The position numbers and the translations under genes are program-made. DNA of 64,000 nt from the human T2T-CHM13v2.0 reference genome, Homo sapiens: NCBI RefSeq assembly GCF_009914755.1, contig NC_060925.1. One strand, 5' to 3'. Under the pieces are notes generated by a model, which saw nothing but the letters and a program-made list of their open reading frames with translations, had not been told where the DNA came from and searched no databases. How positions within the stretch are numbered: the stretch's first letter is position 1; the number at the start of each line of letters is the position of its first letter. Shown in pieces: positions 51,081 to 64,000 of the stretch.

Positions 51081-54000
51081 AGCAGACCCCTTTTAAGCCC
51101 TCTTTTTGTTATCCAGCCTTCTAGTATTACAGAAAGACTCACTGCCTTCAACCCCACCACACGCCCTACGTCTCATTAGCCAGCCCATTGATCTATTCTA
51201 TATGTTTCTTAGGTGCAAAAAAGCGCTTTTTGAACAGAGGAATATTATAAGACATACAATTAAGCAGATGATTTCCTAGTATAGTTCATGGATCAGTCAA
51301 TAGAATATTAGGGGCACTTTCTTGATTTTTAAGAAAGAGAACCTAGATATTCCAGTAAGAAGTAAAGAGGTTAAAAGTGAAAAGATTCATGGGGAAGCAC
51401 ATCAACACCATTGGAAAATTTTGAGTATGATTCAAGCCATCAAGTCAATCTCCCTCTCACTGACTTTCAAATGCAAATGCCAATTGGTTACTAATTTTAT
51501 ATATAGATTATATTCACACAAACTCTTAAGTAGTTAAAAAAATTGCAAAAGCAACAAAGATTTTCTTAGCAACCCTATCCTTTCTGTACAGTTCTGATCT
51601 TTAAATATCCATCTTGGATAAACCTGTGCCACACTGCAGTTGGTCAGAACCTTTTACTTCAAAATCCAGCCAAAATAATGTTTCCCCCAATTCAACTTAT
51701 TCTCTATACTTGCTATTTTCTTTGAATTTCCTCCGTTCTATATTTCAATCCATCCCCCAATCTTGCTCTCCGGAGGATTGATTTGAAGTAAACTATTAAT
51801 GGCCAATAATGGCAGAATATATGCCATCCCCCAGATGCTATTTCTTTTTCAACAATTCTCATTACCCAAAAGAATAGGTAATGGGAGATTACACATATAA
51901 CTGGGCCAGTGAGAAGTATATTTTGTCTGAGGAAGTTTTTTCCAATCATATAGCATAAACATCTACTTGTTCTGCATAAGCATAACTGATCCTGTAAACA
52001 TACACATATGTGTATTCATAGTTTTCTTTCCCGTATTTGGAAATATATGTGTGTTGCTAGTTATTGTTGTATATAAACAGAAATTTTACAGTTTTTAGGG
52101 GAATCTATATAATAAAATAGCTGCACATTCAAGCCTGGAGTTTCCAATATTCTCCTTTGTTCTATCAGACAAAATAGATAATAAAGAGTGACTTTTCCTC
52201 AGGTCAAGAAAAATGAGTCTCAAGTGGTCTGAGTTGTCTTGAGCCAGTAATTTTCATACTATGTTAAGAGGAGCTACAAGTTTCCTTTGAGGTTTCCATG
52301 GAGAGGAAACTTGGGGAAAACAACATACAAAGTTTGAATTAGAGGGTGGTTCTGTCCTTCTGACCTCCTTCTTCAGCCAAAGCACCTCTACTTTTATTGA
52401 TTTTATGTAAAAGGAGTCTGTGAATGATTTTGCCTGAAGACAGGCTTCCTCTGCTTAAAAGCACAGTATTGTCCTCTTTCTAGGAAGAATGGTACTGGGA
52501 GAACAAAGACTTTTCTCTGTGAGCCAAAGGGAAAACCCCAAAGTTGAGGTCTTTAGCAAGTTTCTCTATCCTGGCTAAAGGTTCTGCTGGGATCTTTTGA
52601 ACACCAGGCCCAATCTGACTTTGTCTCTTTCTAGGCTCCTTAGAAGCACACATAGAGGTTGTACAACAGCAAAGGTTTTCAACAGGACTCATCCTCAGAA
52701 CCTTTCTTGACAATACAAGTAAATATATAAATGAATAACTTATGATTATTTGGCTCCCCAAAGGAACAGAATTCCTAGTGGATAACATCTAATTTGCCCA
52801 CTTAGCAGACAGGAAGCTTTGTTTGTTATAAGTCAGTGAGTTAGGATGTAAGCTAAGAATAATCTTTGCAAAAATATCACTAGAGGATTGTCCTTAGTCC
52901 AAATCATTACACCTGGAGCTACGAAGTGTTACTCTAACCATAATTTCCCACACCAGCAGAATTAGACATGCACTTTACCACTCTGCCAGGGGACACCATA
53001 ACATACCTTACAGGCTCCTTTCCTACTAGACATCCTACTCAATAGATGGTCATATAAATAGAGTTGGGGTCAAGTGAACAGAGTACCACAAACTTATGGT
53101 AAGTTCTTTCTCACTGCAAGTGTTATCTCATAGTGTATGATCCATCATCACTTCAATGCACACTTTGGTTCCTCATGGAAGACTTGTTAACCTAATCACT
53201 TACTAAACTCTGAGAGTGAGGGTGAAAAAGACAATGAAAACACAAATAATAGCAATGAGGATAAAATAATAATAAATTTGCTCCCACTTTGTCAGACACT
53301 GAGAAATTTCCATTTTGCAAAGATTTCACACTTCCTACATCTCTGTACAACATATGGTATGTTCTAGTGGAAGTTAATTAAAGTTCATGTTTGACTGTTG
53401 ATTCATCCTTATTTCAGAGGACAGTAACAAGAAAAGGTGCTCACACAAGTCTGGAACTACCAGTGGAACCAGTTAGTCCTTCAGTCAAATGTGTATGCAA
53501 TCAATTAAATTCCAACTGTAAAATTGTATTAAAAGTACAGAAAGAAAAAGCTGCCAGTAGGTCACTGAACAGTGTGTGTTTGATGAAATACTTTCTCTGG
53601 TTGCATATTTGAGAAAACCCATTATCTCCTTCCCTAGCAAAAGAAGACAAGGCTCTAGAACATTAAGAACATAGTGTTTTCCTTGTGAAGGTGGTTATGT
53701 GGTACAGGAGGGGCTCCTTGTCACCAGGTTGCTGTATCACCACCAAAATAATGTTCTTGTGGAATAGCATAGTGCTTAAAATACAGTAATTACTGTTACA
53801 GTATGTGCACAGCAACGTAAGAACCGCATCTAGAGCTATACGTGGTACCGAGAGTTGAGAAACAGCTGTAATTTTGGCTTTAAATATGTTTACGAGCATT
53901 CTGAATGGTTTAATCTTGCTGTGCAGCATATGATTTTAATTTTCTTTATGGATATAGGGGGCAATGAAATGCTGACTTTTGATATAATAATCTTTCAGGT

Positions 54001-54999
54001 TTAGGAGGAACTATAGGAGGCCAGTCAGTCCCCAAGCCTGCCCTCTTAAATCTCTACTTATAAAGTTCTCAGTGATAGATGTAAGCTTAAAAAAAAATTA
54101 TACCTCACATTATATAGTATGTCTTTTATCTTTGATTTGAATGAACCCTTTCAGTTGACTACTCAGGCTTGCAAAATCAGGGAAAACCTGTAAAATGGAG
54201 GCACATATCTTATTTACAAAATAATGACTCCTTTCTTTGGAACAGAATAGAGTATTCCAAAGAAAATTCAATTTCATTATTTACTATATACAAAACTTAA
54301 GGAATAGTCATCTTTATATTGAAACTTATATGTAAACATACTTCAAAGCAAGTGCTAAATTGGTCATTTCTTAGGAATTGCTAAAGCAGATTTGCTTACA
54401 ATAAAAAAAGAAAAACGTTTGAATTGCCTCTAGTTATTGTAAGTTAATTGATCCTACTTTGATTTGTTTCATTTAAAAAAACACATCTCAGACCAGTTAG
54501 TAGTTGAAAGATTAGTGATAGAGAAGAAATGGATCCTACAAAAAAAGATGCACTTAATGAAAAATAAATGATGTCATTTCCCTCAAATGATTTCTAGTAT
54601 GACAGACTTATAAATATCCATTTGACTAAAACTAGAGAAAACAAACTTTGATAAACAAGTCTTACTTGCAAGGTGTGGACTCAGGTAGGTAATTTCATCT
54701 GCTCCTTAAAAATATTTTTTCTGCATCATAATCTTTCTAGAAATGTCTTGTTTTGTCACCAAGGTACAAAGTTACTTCTCAAATTTAAAAAATGCTTTTG
54801 TCAATCAAATATTTCTACCAGCTTCTATTCACATCAACAAAGTATAGCAAATGACACGCTAAAATCCCAGGAACGTAATAACAATTAAGTTCCAAGTAGT
54901 TATTGGCCAATCTATTGTGATTTTTAAAAAATGCTTGCAACATATAAGCCATTGTATGACAGGCTTGACCAGTTTCTAGACTTCCTTAGATGTCAGTGT

Positions 55000-55335
55000 A
55001 GCAGGTGCAAGCCTGGGTTAACTAAACTTCATTTTATTTTCTCCTAGCTCATAACTAGACTATATTTTCAAGCCTCCTTCCAACTAAGCTGAAGTCATTG
55101 GACTGAGTTCTGTCTGATAAAATATGGTTGAAGTTATATGTGAAACTTCAGACTTTCACATCCTCCTTCATTTCCCACACACTGGCTGAATATAGAAGGG
55201 AATGAAGCTCCAGAAGATGACAGGGCCACATGACCGAGTAATCCTAGTCCTGACTGACTGCATGGAACCAAGACATTAGGGAGAAATCTGTTTTTATTAT
55301 GTGAAACTACTGAGATTTTGACTAATGTAAGCAGG
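55000..55335 (+). mobile_element. MLT1 (I/J-like) MaLR LTR
   Basis: AACTAGACTATATTTTCAAGCCTCC..GACTGAGTTCTG..GGGCCACA..CTACTGAGATTT. Confidence 0.65.
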
Positions 55336-55434
55336 GACATTGTTGTGTCTCCTATAAGTTAGGTTTCAACTGAAAACCACAATAATAATAGAAAGCCCAG
55401 TTTTTTTTAAGACCCCCTCAGAGAAGTAGTGAAT

Positions 55435-55800
55435 ACTTTAATTTAAAAACATTTATTTAGCACCTAGTCCAGGCACCACACAGAGTTAAAAGGTTCAGGC
55501 TCTTCTCTCAGGATGTTCATTGTCCAATGGTAAGAGGGATAAAGTTCCTGAGATGAAAATACAAAATGGTAGAAATATTTAACTATGGGGCACTAGACAT
55601 GGACATACGAGAGACTTAACCCAGGCTGAATGGCTTATTGAGGGCTCCTCCACATGGTGGCAATAATTCCAATGGAAGGATTAGTGTAGGGGGAAGCACA
55701 TGAGAAATGGAGCCACAAGCAACAATGGAGGTGCCTGAAAATACGCTATGCTCTATGTGATACTGTGAGAGACTCATCTTCAAAGAATTTACTGTCTAGT
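55435..55800 (-). mobile_element. L2 fragment
   Basis: AAACATTTATTTAGCACCTAGTCCAGGCAC..CTCTCAGGATGTTCA. Confidence 0.6.
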
Positions 55801-55953
55801 GAAATTACAGCATAGCAGGAGTCAAATCCCAGGTTCCATCAGTGTGCTTCATGACAGAAATATCTGTTTTGCTCCATTTAAACATATAAACCCTCTGCAG
55901 GAAGAAAAAACCTACACACACTTCCCTCCCCCCACACCCAGATGATACACTCC

Positions 55954-55954
<1 letters not shown>

Positions 55955-55994
<40 letters not shown>
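55955..55994 (+). repeat. (AC)20 microsatellite
   Basis: Direct reading. Confidence 0.97.
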
Positions 55995-55998
<4 letters not shown>

Positions 55999-57319
55999 AG
56001 GACCAAAGAAGCATCATTTTGATTCTGCATGAATGTGACAAGTTTGGCCAATTCCCTGAAAGTGACGAAGATGAGGAAGTCTTTCTAGTCTTCAGTTTTG
56101 GAAGAAACATCTTTATGGTCTGGCTGTATGACAACTAAATCTTTTTGTGTTTTCTGAGAATATTAAACACATAGTTTCTATTCTCTTAAAAGTCAGACTA
56201 ATATTTGTGTGCAATTATCACATATAGACATTGCACAAATATCACATATAGATATTGTATCATTCTTGGAGCCTCATGTGTGTGATGTTCAGATACTCTG
56301 ATTAATCAATACAAGTGCAATGCATGCTGTACTATAATGGGATGGTATTTTTAAATTATTTTTTGTTTGGATGGGAGATGCTACTTTTCATTTATGCATG
56401 CTCTTTTGACCAGAAGATGAGGGTCAAAATGATGATGAACATAATGAGCAGAATGATACAGTTCCATTACTTGGACTTGGGGAAATATGCAGAAAGAAGG
56501 CATTTAAAAAAGTGAAAAAAGCTACCTGTATTAGGAATGCTAGCAGAGAAAAGTGGTCAAGGTAACATAAATAACTAGACATTATGTTACAAGACTTCAG
56601 TTACTAGCTTTAGGAAATATACAAGCTTTGGGCAAAAGCAACCAATAAAATGTATTCCAGCCAATACTACGTTGGATGTGTACAGAATCTTTCATAAAAC
56701 TTTGGAAATCATGGAAGATAGCAGAGAAGACAGTAACACCCCAGGAGACAATCAGACGCCTGGCATATTATCTTCAAGCCACCCGCAGTGTTTCTCATCT
56801 AAATCTTTCTTTAAAATAGAAAGGCCTAGACTACTCTGATCATGTAATGAGGCTTAAATATTATTTTGAGTAACACAAAGACCACATTTCTATAAAAACA
56901 TAAAAGAAAGGATTCTTGACATTAAGAATATGCTTAGGAATCTCAGTTTGAATCTTGCCTACATTTGGTTTTAAGCCTCTGAAAGCAGAAGATGTCATGG
57001 TAGAATGGAATGTTTACTTACAAGTGCCATCTTGTACAAACAATAGATAATATGAAAACAGAAAAGCAAAAAGATCAGACTTAAAACCAAGGTGAGGATC
57101 CTTTGGACCACAGAAAGAACACAAATGCAAAGCTGTGTGCTGAGCTGAAGCTGTACGCCTACTAAGTTTCAAGTATGGTAGCAGCAGTGGAGTTTAGGAG
57201 CCCTACTCCTGGGGTGGGAGGGGGCTGTAAATGGGAATTAAAGTGTTCAAATGAGACTAAGCGTAGGGGTGAAGAAGGTGTGAGAAAGGAAACCAGAGCT
57301 TGGCTTACTGCTTAAAGTC

Positions 57320-57331
57320 AGGAAGTGAAAC
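57320..57331 (+). promoter_or_regulatory. ETS-IRF composite element (EICE, PU.1-IRF)
   Basis: AGGAAGTGAAAC, an exact GGAAnnGAAA match. Confidence 0.5.
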
Positions 57332-57559
57332 TAGCTAGTCTTCCCTATAAAGATAGCTTAAAGCAAAACAAAACTAGCACAAATATATTGCTAGCCACCA
57401 TGGCCAATAACTGAATTAGGCCAGTTATTGGTTCAGTGGATACATCTGTGAGATCCTTAATATTGCTGAAGAACAGAAGCACAGAAACCACAAGAGAAGA
57501 CTTGGGTAAGAATGGGGATAGAGGTTAAATTCACATGGGTGGCAGGCAGCAGTCACTCA

Positions 57560-57562
<3 letters not shown>

Positions 57563-57594
<32 letters not shown>
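57563..57594 (+). repeat. (AC)16 microsatellite
   Basis: Direct reading. Confidence 0.97.
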
Positions 57595-57599
<5 letters not shown>

Positions 57600-58894
57600 A
57601 AGGGGTGCACATAGAAGGAAAAAGAAAAAAGTTAAAACACAGCAAAAAAATAGCAATAAGGCAATAAGAATTCCCACTCACAACAAGTTGTAAAATCAAA
57701 ATTACAAAGCACATTAAGAAATACAGTGCAACTAAAGGTTGCTAACAAAATAAATATTTGGCATATTAATTAAGCTAAAGGAATTAATTTGATGGAGCCA
57801 TGTGACAAAAACTTTCATATTCATATATTGAGACTCTTCAATATTCAGTGAGATAAATGAAGAAATAACACCTATTTAAAGTGAACAATAAGTTATTTTT
57901 TGAAAGATACTAAACAAAAATAGATGGTTACGGAAAAAAACAATTAAGATTCTGGAAAGTGGGAGATATTTGATTTTAAAAAATATTAATAGCATGACAA
58001 ATCCTAGACTAAAAATGGTTGAAGAAAGAAGTAGAAAATTGGAAAAAAGAACTGAGGACTTTACCCAGAATTAATCATACAGAGGCAAAGAGGGTATTTT
58101 TTAACAGTTTTGTTTTGTCTTTCTACATAAAATATCAGATACAAGAAATAAAGAACAGATTGACAAGAGTCAATTTACATCTACTAAGTGCTGCAGAAAG
58201 TGGAAAAAAAAATGAAAAAAGAAAAGATGAAGTATTACTTGAAGAAATAATGAGTTTTCCAGAACTGAAGAAATGAGTAAATAGACTTGAGTACTGTGGG
58301 CATTCAGTAGCATAAATAGGGATAAATCTAGGCCAAGAGGCATCTTAACAAAACTGTAGAACACTGAAGAAGTGAGGGGGGGAAAAAGGAAATTTAAAGC
58401 TAACAGGAAGAGAGAAAAAAAGAGATGACCATGACAATTATACTGATAACTGACTCATCAGCAGTAATAATAAATGCCAGAAAGGAATGAACGAATATTT
58501 TGAAAGTACTGAGGGAAAATTACTGTCAGTTTAGCAGGTTTTATACAACTAAGCTATTTTTCAGGAAAGAAGGCAAAATTTAAGCATTTTTTTTACATAT
58601 AAAAACAAAGGGAATTTACCACTCATATGCCTTTGCTAATAGATTTATTAAAGAATGTATTTCAGGAAAACAACAAATTAACATAAAAGGAAGTCGTGGA
58701 ATTAAGGAACAAGGATGAAGCCAGAAATTGACATATGTTAATAAATGAATTAATGACTATCTGTGAAAGCAATATTTTGTGCGCACACATTTAAAATAAA
58801 GCAAGGCAAAAACTGCCAAAATAACAATGATTGTTGTGTGTCCATTTGGGGTGGGGATAGGAATGCAGAATGGCTGGTTAAAGCAGTCTAAGAT

Positions 58895-59305
58895 CAGTGG
58901 TGTTCTTAAATGAGCTCACAAAAGCAGCTTTTTAGAAATTTGCAAACCAGTTATCAAACACAGCCATTATTTAAATATTCAAGTATATCAATTTAGAACT
59001 AAATAAATTATATTAGAAGCAAAAGTAATAAATAAGCAAAACCCATTACTTTCCAGTTATTTTGCTTCATTTAGCTATTTCCTATGTTCTTGAGGTTAAT
59101 CTCTGTCTGTGATATCTGGAACACTTAGGATGATGCCCTATTGAGCATCACTTCCCAACTTTACATACATTGACATCACATTTATAGCTTGGAATCAGTC
59201 ATGGTAGGAATATTTACACCAGGGAAATCAGTAAATGCTACAAATCAGGACTTTTTTCCTTCTCTAGAAAGCTGGTAGCTAAACATTTACCAGAACAACA
59301 GTGGC
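58895..59305 (+). mobile_element. MER63(B)-like hAT DNA transposon
   Basis: CAGTGGTGT start; GGTAGGAATATTTACACCAGGGAAATCAGTAAATGCTACAAATCAGG; AAACATTTACCAG end. Confidence 0.8.
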
Positions 59306-59432
59306 TAAGGCTGATACATTTTTTAAGAGAAAGCTAGAAATACTAAATAATTTTATACTTTTTAATGTTACATATATTTTAAAAATTAAGGACAACTGCT
59401 GAAGGAATGGATGAATTAACTAATCAATGGAT

Positions 59433-59520
59433 GAAAGAAAGAAAGAGAGAAAAAGAAAGAAAGAAAGAAAGGAAGAAAGAGAAAGAAAGAAAAAGAAAGA
59501 AAGAAAGGAGAAAAGATAGG
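59433..59520 (+). repeat. (AAAG)n GA-rich low-complexity tract
   Basis: Direct reading. Confidence 0.9.
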
Positions 59521-60134
59521 AAAAAATACAAAGAAAGAAGGGTGGAATAACTTGAGAATTAGATAAACACAAAAGGTAATAAAGGAAGGGAAACAGAAAA
59601 CACAAAGAGAAATCTAAAATATGATTATAGAAATAAACCAAAACATTACAGGATTCATAATACATGAAAAATGGAAAGAGAATATCACAGTAGACTGAAA
59701 AAAACAATAGCACTGCATTGCTTACTAGATATATCTAAACCCAGTATAACCAACCCAAACAGAATGATTAAAAATAAAGGAATTGAAAAATATTATCAGA
59801 AAAATACAAGTTAACACAGAAGGAAGTCACAGGAATTAAGGAACAATAGTGATACTAGAAATCAAAATAAAGCTGGTATATCTATACTTTTTGGAATCAT
59901 AAAATATACATAGCGACATGTCAACATTTGATCAAGCTGATTGTTATCTTGTTTTATTGCTCTCTAGAATTTTCTATATGGTAGTATCATTTCCTGATAC
60001 AAATACTTTTCAAAAGAAAGTACATTTGATCAAGGAAGCCAGGTGTTTTACAATAAATTTCCAGCTATGCCATTGATTTTGCTACCTCTATAGCCTTCAA
60101 GTAGCACCTCTAGAAAATGATAATTTTGGATTTT

Positions 60135-60270
60135 CAGTGGTTCATACACCTGCTACATCAGGATAATTGTCACATTCAGGCGAGGCCTAGATTAGAATTG
60201 GACACGGCTGTCTATTTTTAAAAGCTCACCTGTCACAACCAAGAAAGATACCTGGATTTGGAGACCACTG
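60135..60270. mobile_element. MER5-like hAT MITE
   Basis: TIRs CAGTGGTT..GAGACCACTG; internal TATTTTTAAAAGCTC. Confidence 0.55.
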
Positions 60271-60491
60271 ACTGATTAGCTCTCATTTCAAAAGAAACTT
60301 TGGCTGTGATTTTTCATAATCCTGGAAACAAACTATTAATAATCTTTACTCTTCCTTTTATTGGGAAAAGATCTAAAAAGTAAACCAAATCACAGGCTAA
60401 AAGTCTTGGGATTTACATATATTAGCAATAAAAGCAGAGCAAAATAATTATTTGTTGTAAATAATACTTTAAAAGCTTTCACATTTAATGG

Positions 60492-60656
60492 CAGAGGTGT
60501 TTAATCCAAAGTTGATAAGAGTTCAGAGAGTCCACAGAACCCCCTAAACTCTGTGCAATTGTATGTGTCTGTATGCATTTTCAGGAGGACAAAGTCATTC
60601 GCTTGAATTTAGATGATTACACAAGTTTGTAATTCTAAATAGATTAGAAACCACTG
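60492..60656 (+). mobile_element. MER103C-like hAT MITE
   Basis: TTCAGAGAGTCCACAGAACCCCCT..GCATTTTCAGGAGGA..TTAGAAACCACTG. Confidence 0.7.
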
Positions 60657-60919
60657 ACTTAAGAAAATGACCAAAAGAAACTAAAAATTCTAGAAAGAAC
60701 CTCTCCCAAACCTTGTAGCATTTCAGTGTTATGTTACACGACATGACCAGAGGTTGCTCTGTGTGTAGGACTGAGGTCAGTGCTCACTCAATAATAGGCA
60801 GTGACAGGATCGAGGAGAGGTAATTTATAATGAAATGCCCTGAGACCTCTGAAGTGGCGTGAATGGAAGAGGGGGTCCTTATGATGTGGCCTTTAAGCAA
60901 GCATTGTGTAAAAAAGGAC

Positions 60920-61085
60920 TGTAGACCAGAAGACTATTGTAGGAGGCTGAAAACTAGGTTCCAGACTTCTCTTGCCCCATAATGAGAAGTGTCCTTAGGC
61001 AAGTTGCTTGGCCTCTCTTCATGAGCAAAATGAGAGGATCATGTAGGTGACTTAAAAATTCCTTCTTGTTCTAGATTCTAAAATT
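60920..61085 (+). mobile_element. MIR3/MIR fragment
   Basis: GTGTCCTTAGGCAAGTTGCTTGGCCTCTC..CCTTC..TTCTAGATTCTA. Confidence 0.6.
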
Positions 61086-61596
61086 CTACCAGAAGCAGTG
61101 CTCTCCCCTCCAAAACAGAAGATAAGCCAACATCTCATCCCAAACACAAATCTAAACAAAATCTAGAAAATCCAGTGATGGATCTGAGATGGAAAAATCA
61201 GTTTTAGAAGAAAAAAAGGATGAACTTTGCTAATCCAATAATCCATACATTAATTCCACGAAAAACTAGCACAATACACTAGATTCCCCTGAGTGCATAA
61301 TTGAGTTTCAGCAAGCAGATAAAGCCCATTAGAATGACTGAAAGCAAAGGCTGTTATTCTCCATTCAAGGTGTTCTCATTTCTCTTGAAAGTTTAAAATC
61401 AACAAATTAGATAAGCTTGGGCAGACTGCAACTCACTGGCAGTCAGCCCAAACCACCATTTGTCCCAGAAGTCCAAGAGTCAAGACATAATCATATGAAG
61501 TTGATGCCCACCAGATCCCTGGAGTTGTGACTCCATTAGTCTTTAGCTGACCCCAGCTATTAGTATTTACTATTTCCAAAGTCTCTCTATTTAATC

Positions 61597-62131
61597 CTAT
61601 GGTTTCCAAATTGTGTGCTAAGGCACCATGGAATACTGCAGCAAATTCACAGAGCCCATGGATATTTTACATTTTTAAGGGTAGCACACAGCCACATTTC
61701 TCAAATATCCCATGAACTAACAGCAAGGTAGTTCTTGGTCTCAACATCAGGTCTTGCTACATTCCTTTCAACAGCATTGTACCTCTGCAAAGGTAGGCTT
61801 TTAATGATAGAAAACAAGTAACACAAAAAATTATTTGTGGAATACGAAATGGAGGAGGCATTATCCAATCTGATTCTAAGGTTTTAGAAGTTGTGAGATG
61901 CTGAATTGTTATGCACATCCCAGCAGTAATTGTGGCTATTTCAAAATAAAAATATGATTCTGCCTTTCAGCTTCTTTGTATTTTTTTTCCAAATGTTATG
62001 TTAAGAACATAAACACTAAGTTGTTTGGACCCTCCTACTTAATAAACAGGACAGTTAGATATTTCCTTTGGCCTGGGTATTAAAAAAATCACAGAGACAC
62101 CAAGATTCATGAGAATGTTTGGGGACCACTG
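61597..62131 (+). mobile_element. MER119-like hAT DNA transposon with 8-bp TSD
   Basis: GCTACATTCCTTTC..TCCAATCTGATTC.AAGG..TTTGGGGACCACTG; TSD ATTTAATC (61589-61596)/ATTTAGTC (62132-62139). Confidence 0.8.
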
Positions 62132-62220
62132 ATTTAGTCTTAATGTGTTCCAAAACAGAATAGAAAACAAGCCATACGTTCTATGTTGTATGGCATATAT
62201 TTGTTCTTGTATTATATAAT

Positions 62221-62297
62221 AGGAGGAGGAGAAGGAGGAGACAAGGAGGAGGAGAAGAAGGGATAAGAATAAGAGGAAGAAGGAGGAGGAGGAGGAA
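62221..62297 (+). repeat. (GGA)n GA-rich tract
   Basis: Direct reading. Confidence 0.85.
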
Positions 62298-62309
62298 TAG
62301 CAGTACTGA

Positions 62310-62770
62310 TAATAACGGTCATTAACTGAGTACTTACTAAGTGCCATACTTTGTGCTAAATACTTTATCTAACTTAATCTCTTTCAATCCCATGACTATT
62401 TATCTAGCTTGTATGCTATTATATGTATTGAAATCCTCTGCTTTGGTTAGTAAACAGTTGTTACTCCAACTCCTCAAAGACTCTTCCTCTCCTCTGGCAG
62501 TCCTCACTCTTTCCCAGGTACTCCCTGGACTAGCTCAAAATACAGCAACTAATGCAGCCCAGAGGGACCTCCATGACCCTGATGCAGCCCCATGACTGGC
62601 ACCCACTATGACTGATCAGTGCCTGAGCCTTCCAACTGTTACATATTCAGTATTCACTTGTGTTGATTCCTCAGAGCAACACTGTGAGGAAGGCACTTTT
62701 ATCCCCAAATTTAGATGTCAATCTTGAATCCAGTTCTATGTGACTCCCAAGTCCATGTTCTTCACCAACA
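62310..62770 (-). mobile_element. MIR fragments (~62310-62400 and ~62665-62770)
   Basis: ACTGAGTACTTACTAAGTGCCA..TGTGCTAA; CCTCAGAGCAACACTGTGAGG..TTATCCCC. Confidence 0.6.
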
Positions 62771-63550
62771 TGTGTAGGTAAGTAAGTAATTAAGCTCAAT
62801 CTATTTAGAATTGTCCCATGATTTCAATGCGTGCCTCACCCAATGGGCCTACAGACCAGTGCCTGGAATCCCTTGGACCTGCAACTGATTCATATTTTAT
62901 TTGATTTGAGGACAAATCTTAACTTGAGGGGCTCTTTCCTCTGAAGTTTTTAATTAGCTGACATCAACTTTTTAACCTGGAAGCACACTCTATTATTCTA
63001 TAGAATTTTAAAAATCCACCAAATTATATATTCTGCAAGACCAAATGGCAGTAGTTCAAATCCCGTAGCCCGTAATCAATGGAATCATGTTAGCAGCAGG
63101 CTTTGTCTTCAATGGCTGCTCCCATAATCTGTCATATGTTTATTAAGTGTTGCTGGGGAAATGGCCCTTTCCTAACCCCATGGCACCCACTGTCTCAGGA
63201 CATTTTCAATGTTACCAGAAGAAACCTGGGAATTTTATTTTCTTTTTTTTTTTAAACTTCTGATTTCACATAAGATTATAGCTTCTCCAGAAGACTTCAT
63301 ATCTATGGGTAGCAAATCACATCTAGAATTGCTTCTTCTTGCAGAATGAGAACTGTATCCCCATCTCATTCAGATTGGTGGGAGAAAGAGTTGTCAGCTG
63401 CAATTTCTATATTAAATAAAGAGAAGAGGAAATCCCCTCCTCAACCATAAAGTTCTTTGTCTTTTAACTATAGGATAAGGTTTCCTCCCTCTCTGATTCT
63501 ATAATTTCATCAGAATGGCCCATGAGTGCTCTTATTGAGTAATCCCATGA

Positions 63551-63860
<310 letters not shown>

Positions 63861-64000
63861 CATGAGATTCTTAATGGAACAAAAGCAGCCATCACCTCTC
63901 ATTCTCAGGGGAAGGTCTTCGCTGTTGCATTTGTACTTGTTCTCACCTATCCTGAAACCACCCTTCCACTCTGATAACATGACTCAGGTTTATTCAGTAA

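Larger units (their letters stand above)
57650..59885 (+). mobile_element. Ancient L1M-type element: degraded ORF1 and start of ORF2, interrupted by a MER63 and a GA-rich repeat
   Basis: ORF1-like peptide ..EEIMSFPELKK (ORF 58019-58276); ATGCCAGAAAGGAATG..ATATTTTGAAAGTACTGAGGGAAAAT; endonuclease-like AAAATAAAGGAATTGAAAAATATTATCAG. Confidence 0.75.

Noticed and set aside
53810-53900. CpG and restriction-site cluster (TCTAGA, GGTACC) suggesting vector or linker
   Set aside because: Not ordered like a polylinker and the flanks read as continuous genomic DNA.
55860-55995. Minus-strand acceptor TTTTTTCTTCCTGCAG downstream of (UG)20, resembling a TDP-43-repressed cryptic exon
   Set aside because: No convincing donor found nearby and no evidence for transcription strand.
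58019-58276. 85-aa Lys/Glu-rich ORF
   Set aside because: Degraded L1 ORF1 remnant.

Overview
This is AT-rich, non-coding primate genomic DNA (an AluY indicates catarrhine, probably human or ape), most likely an intron or gene desert. I cannot assign the locus from sequence alone. No protein-coding gene, RNA gene, CpG island or CRISPR array is supported, and the ORF track consists of chance ORFs or repeat-derived frames. The window is a mosaic of 7 Alus, a twin-primed L1PA, ancient L1M, L2 and MIR fragments, MaLR LTRs (MLT1, MSTA), hAT DNA-transposon fossils (Charlie4a-, Charlie7-, MER63-, MER91-, MER103-, MER119- and MER5-like) and microsatellites. Repeat-poor stretches at about 0.8-1.4, 15.1-17.6 and 45.4-50.8 kb look like enhancers. 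Repeat subfamily names come from my recall of consensus sequences, and boundaries of ancient repeats are approximate. The most unusual observation is an ~83-bp deletion, beside a 22-bp palindrome absent from the L1 consensus, inside the inverted arm of the L1PA at ~18.16 kb. An orphan L1PA fragment with no tail or TSD lies 12.7 kb away (30831-30986), begins at that deletion breakpoint and contains the missing sequence. Other highlights are a poly(A)-only TSD-flanked insertion, a candidate 24-nt microexon, a CTCF-like site and a perfect PU.1-IRF element. I did not find a convincing new multi-component biological system.
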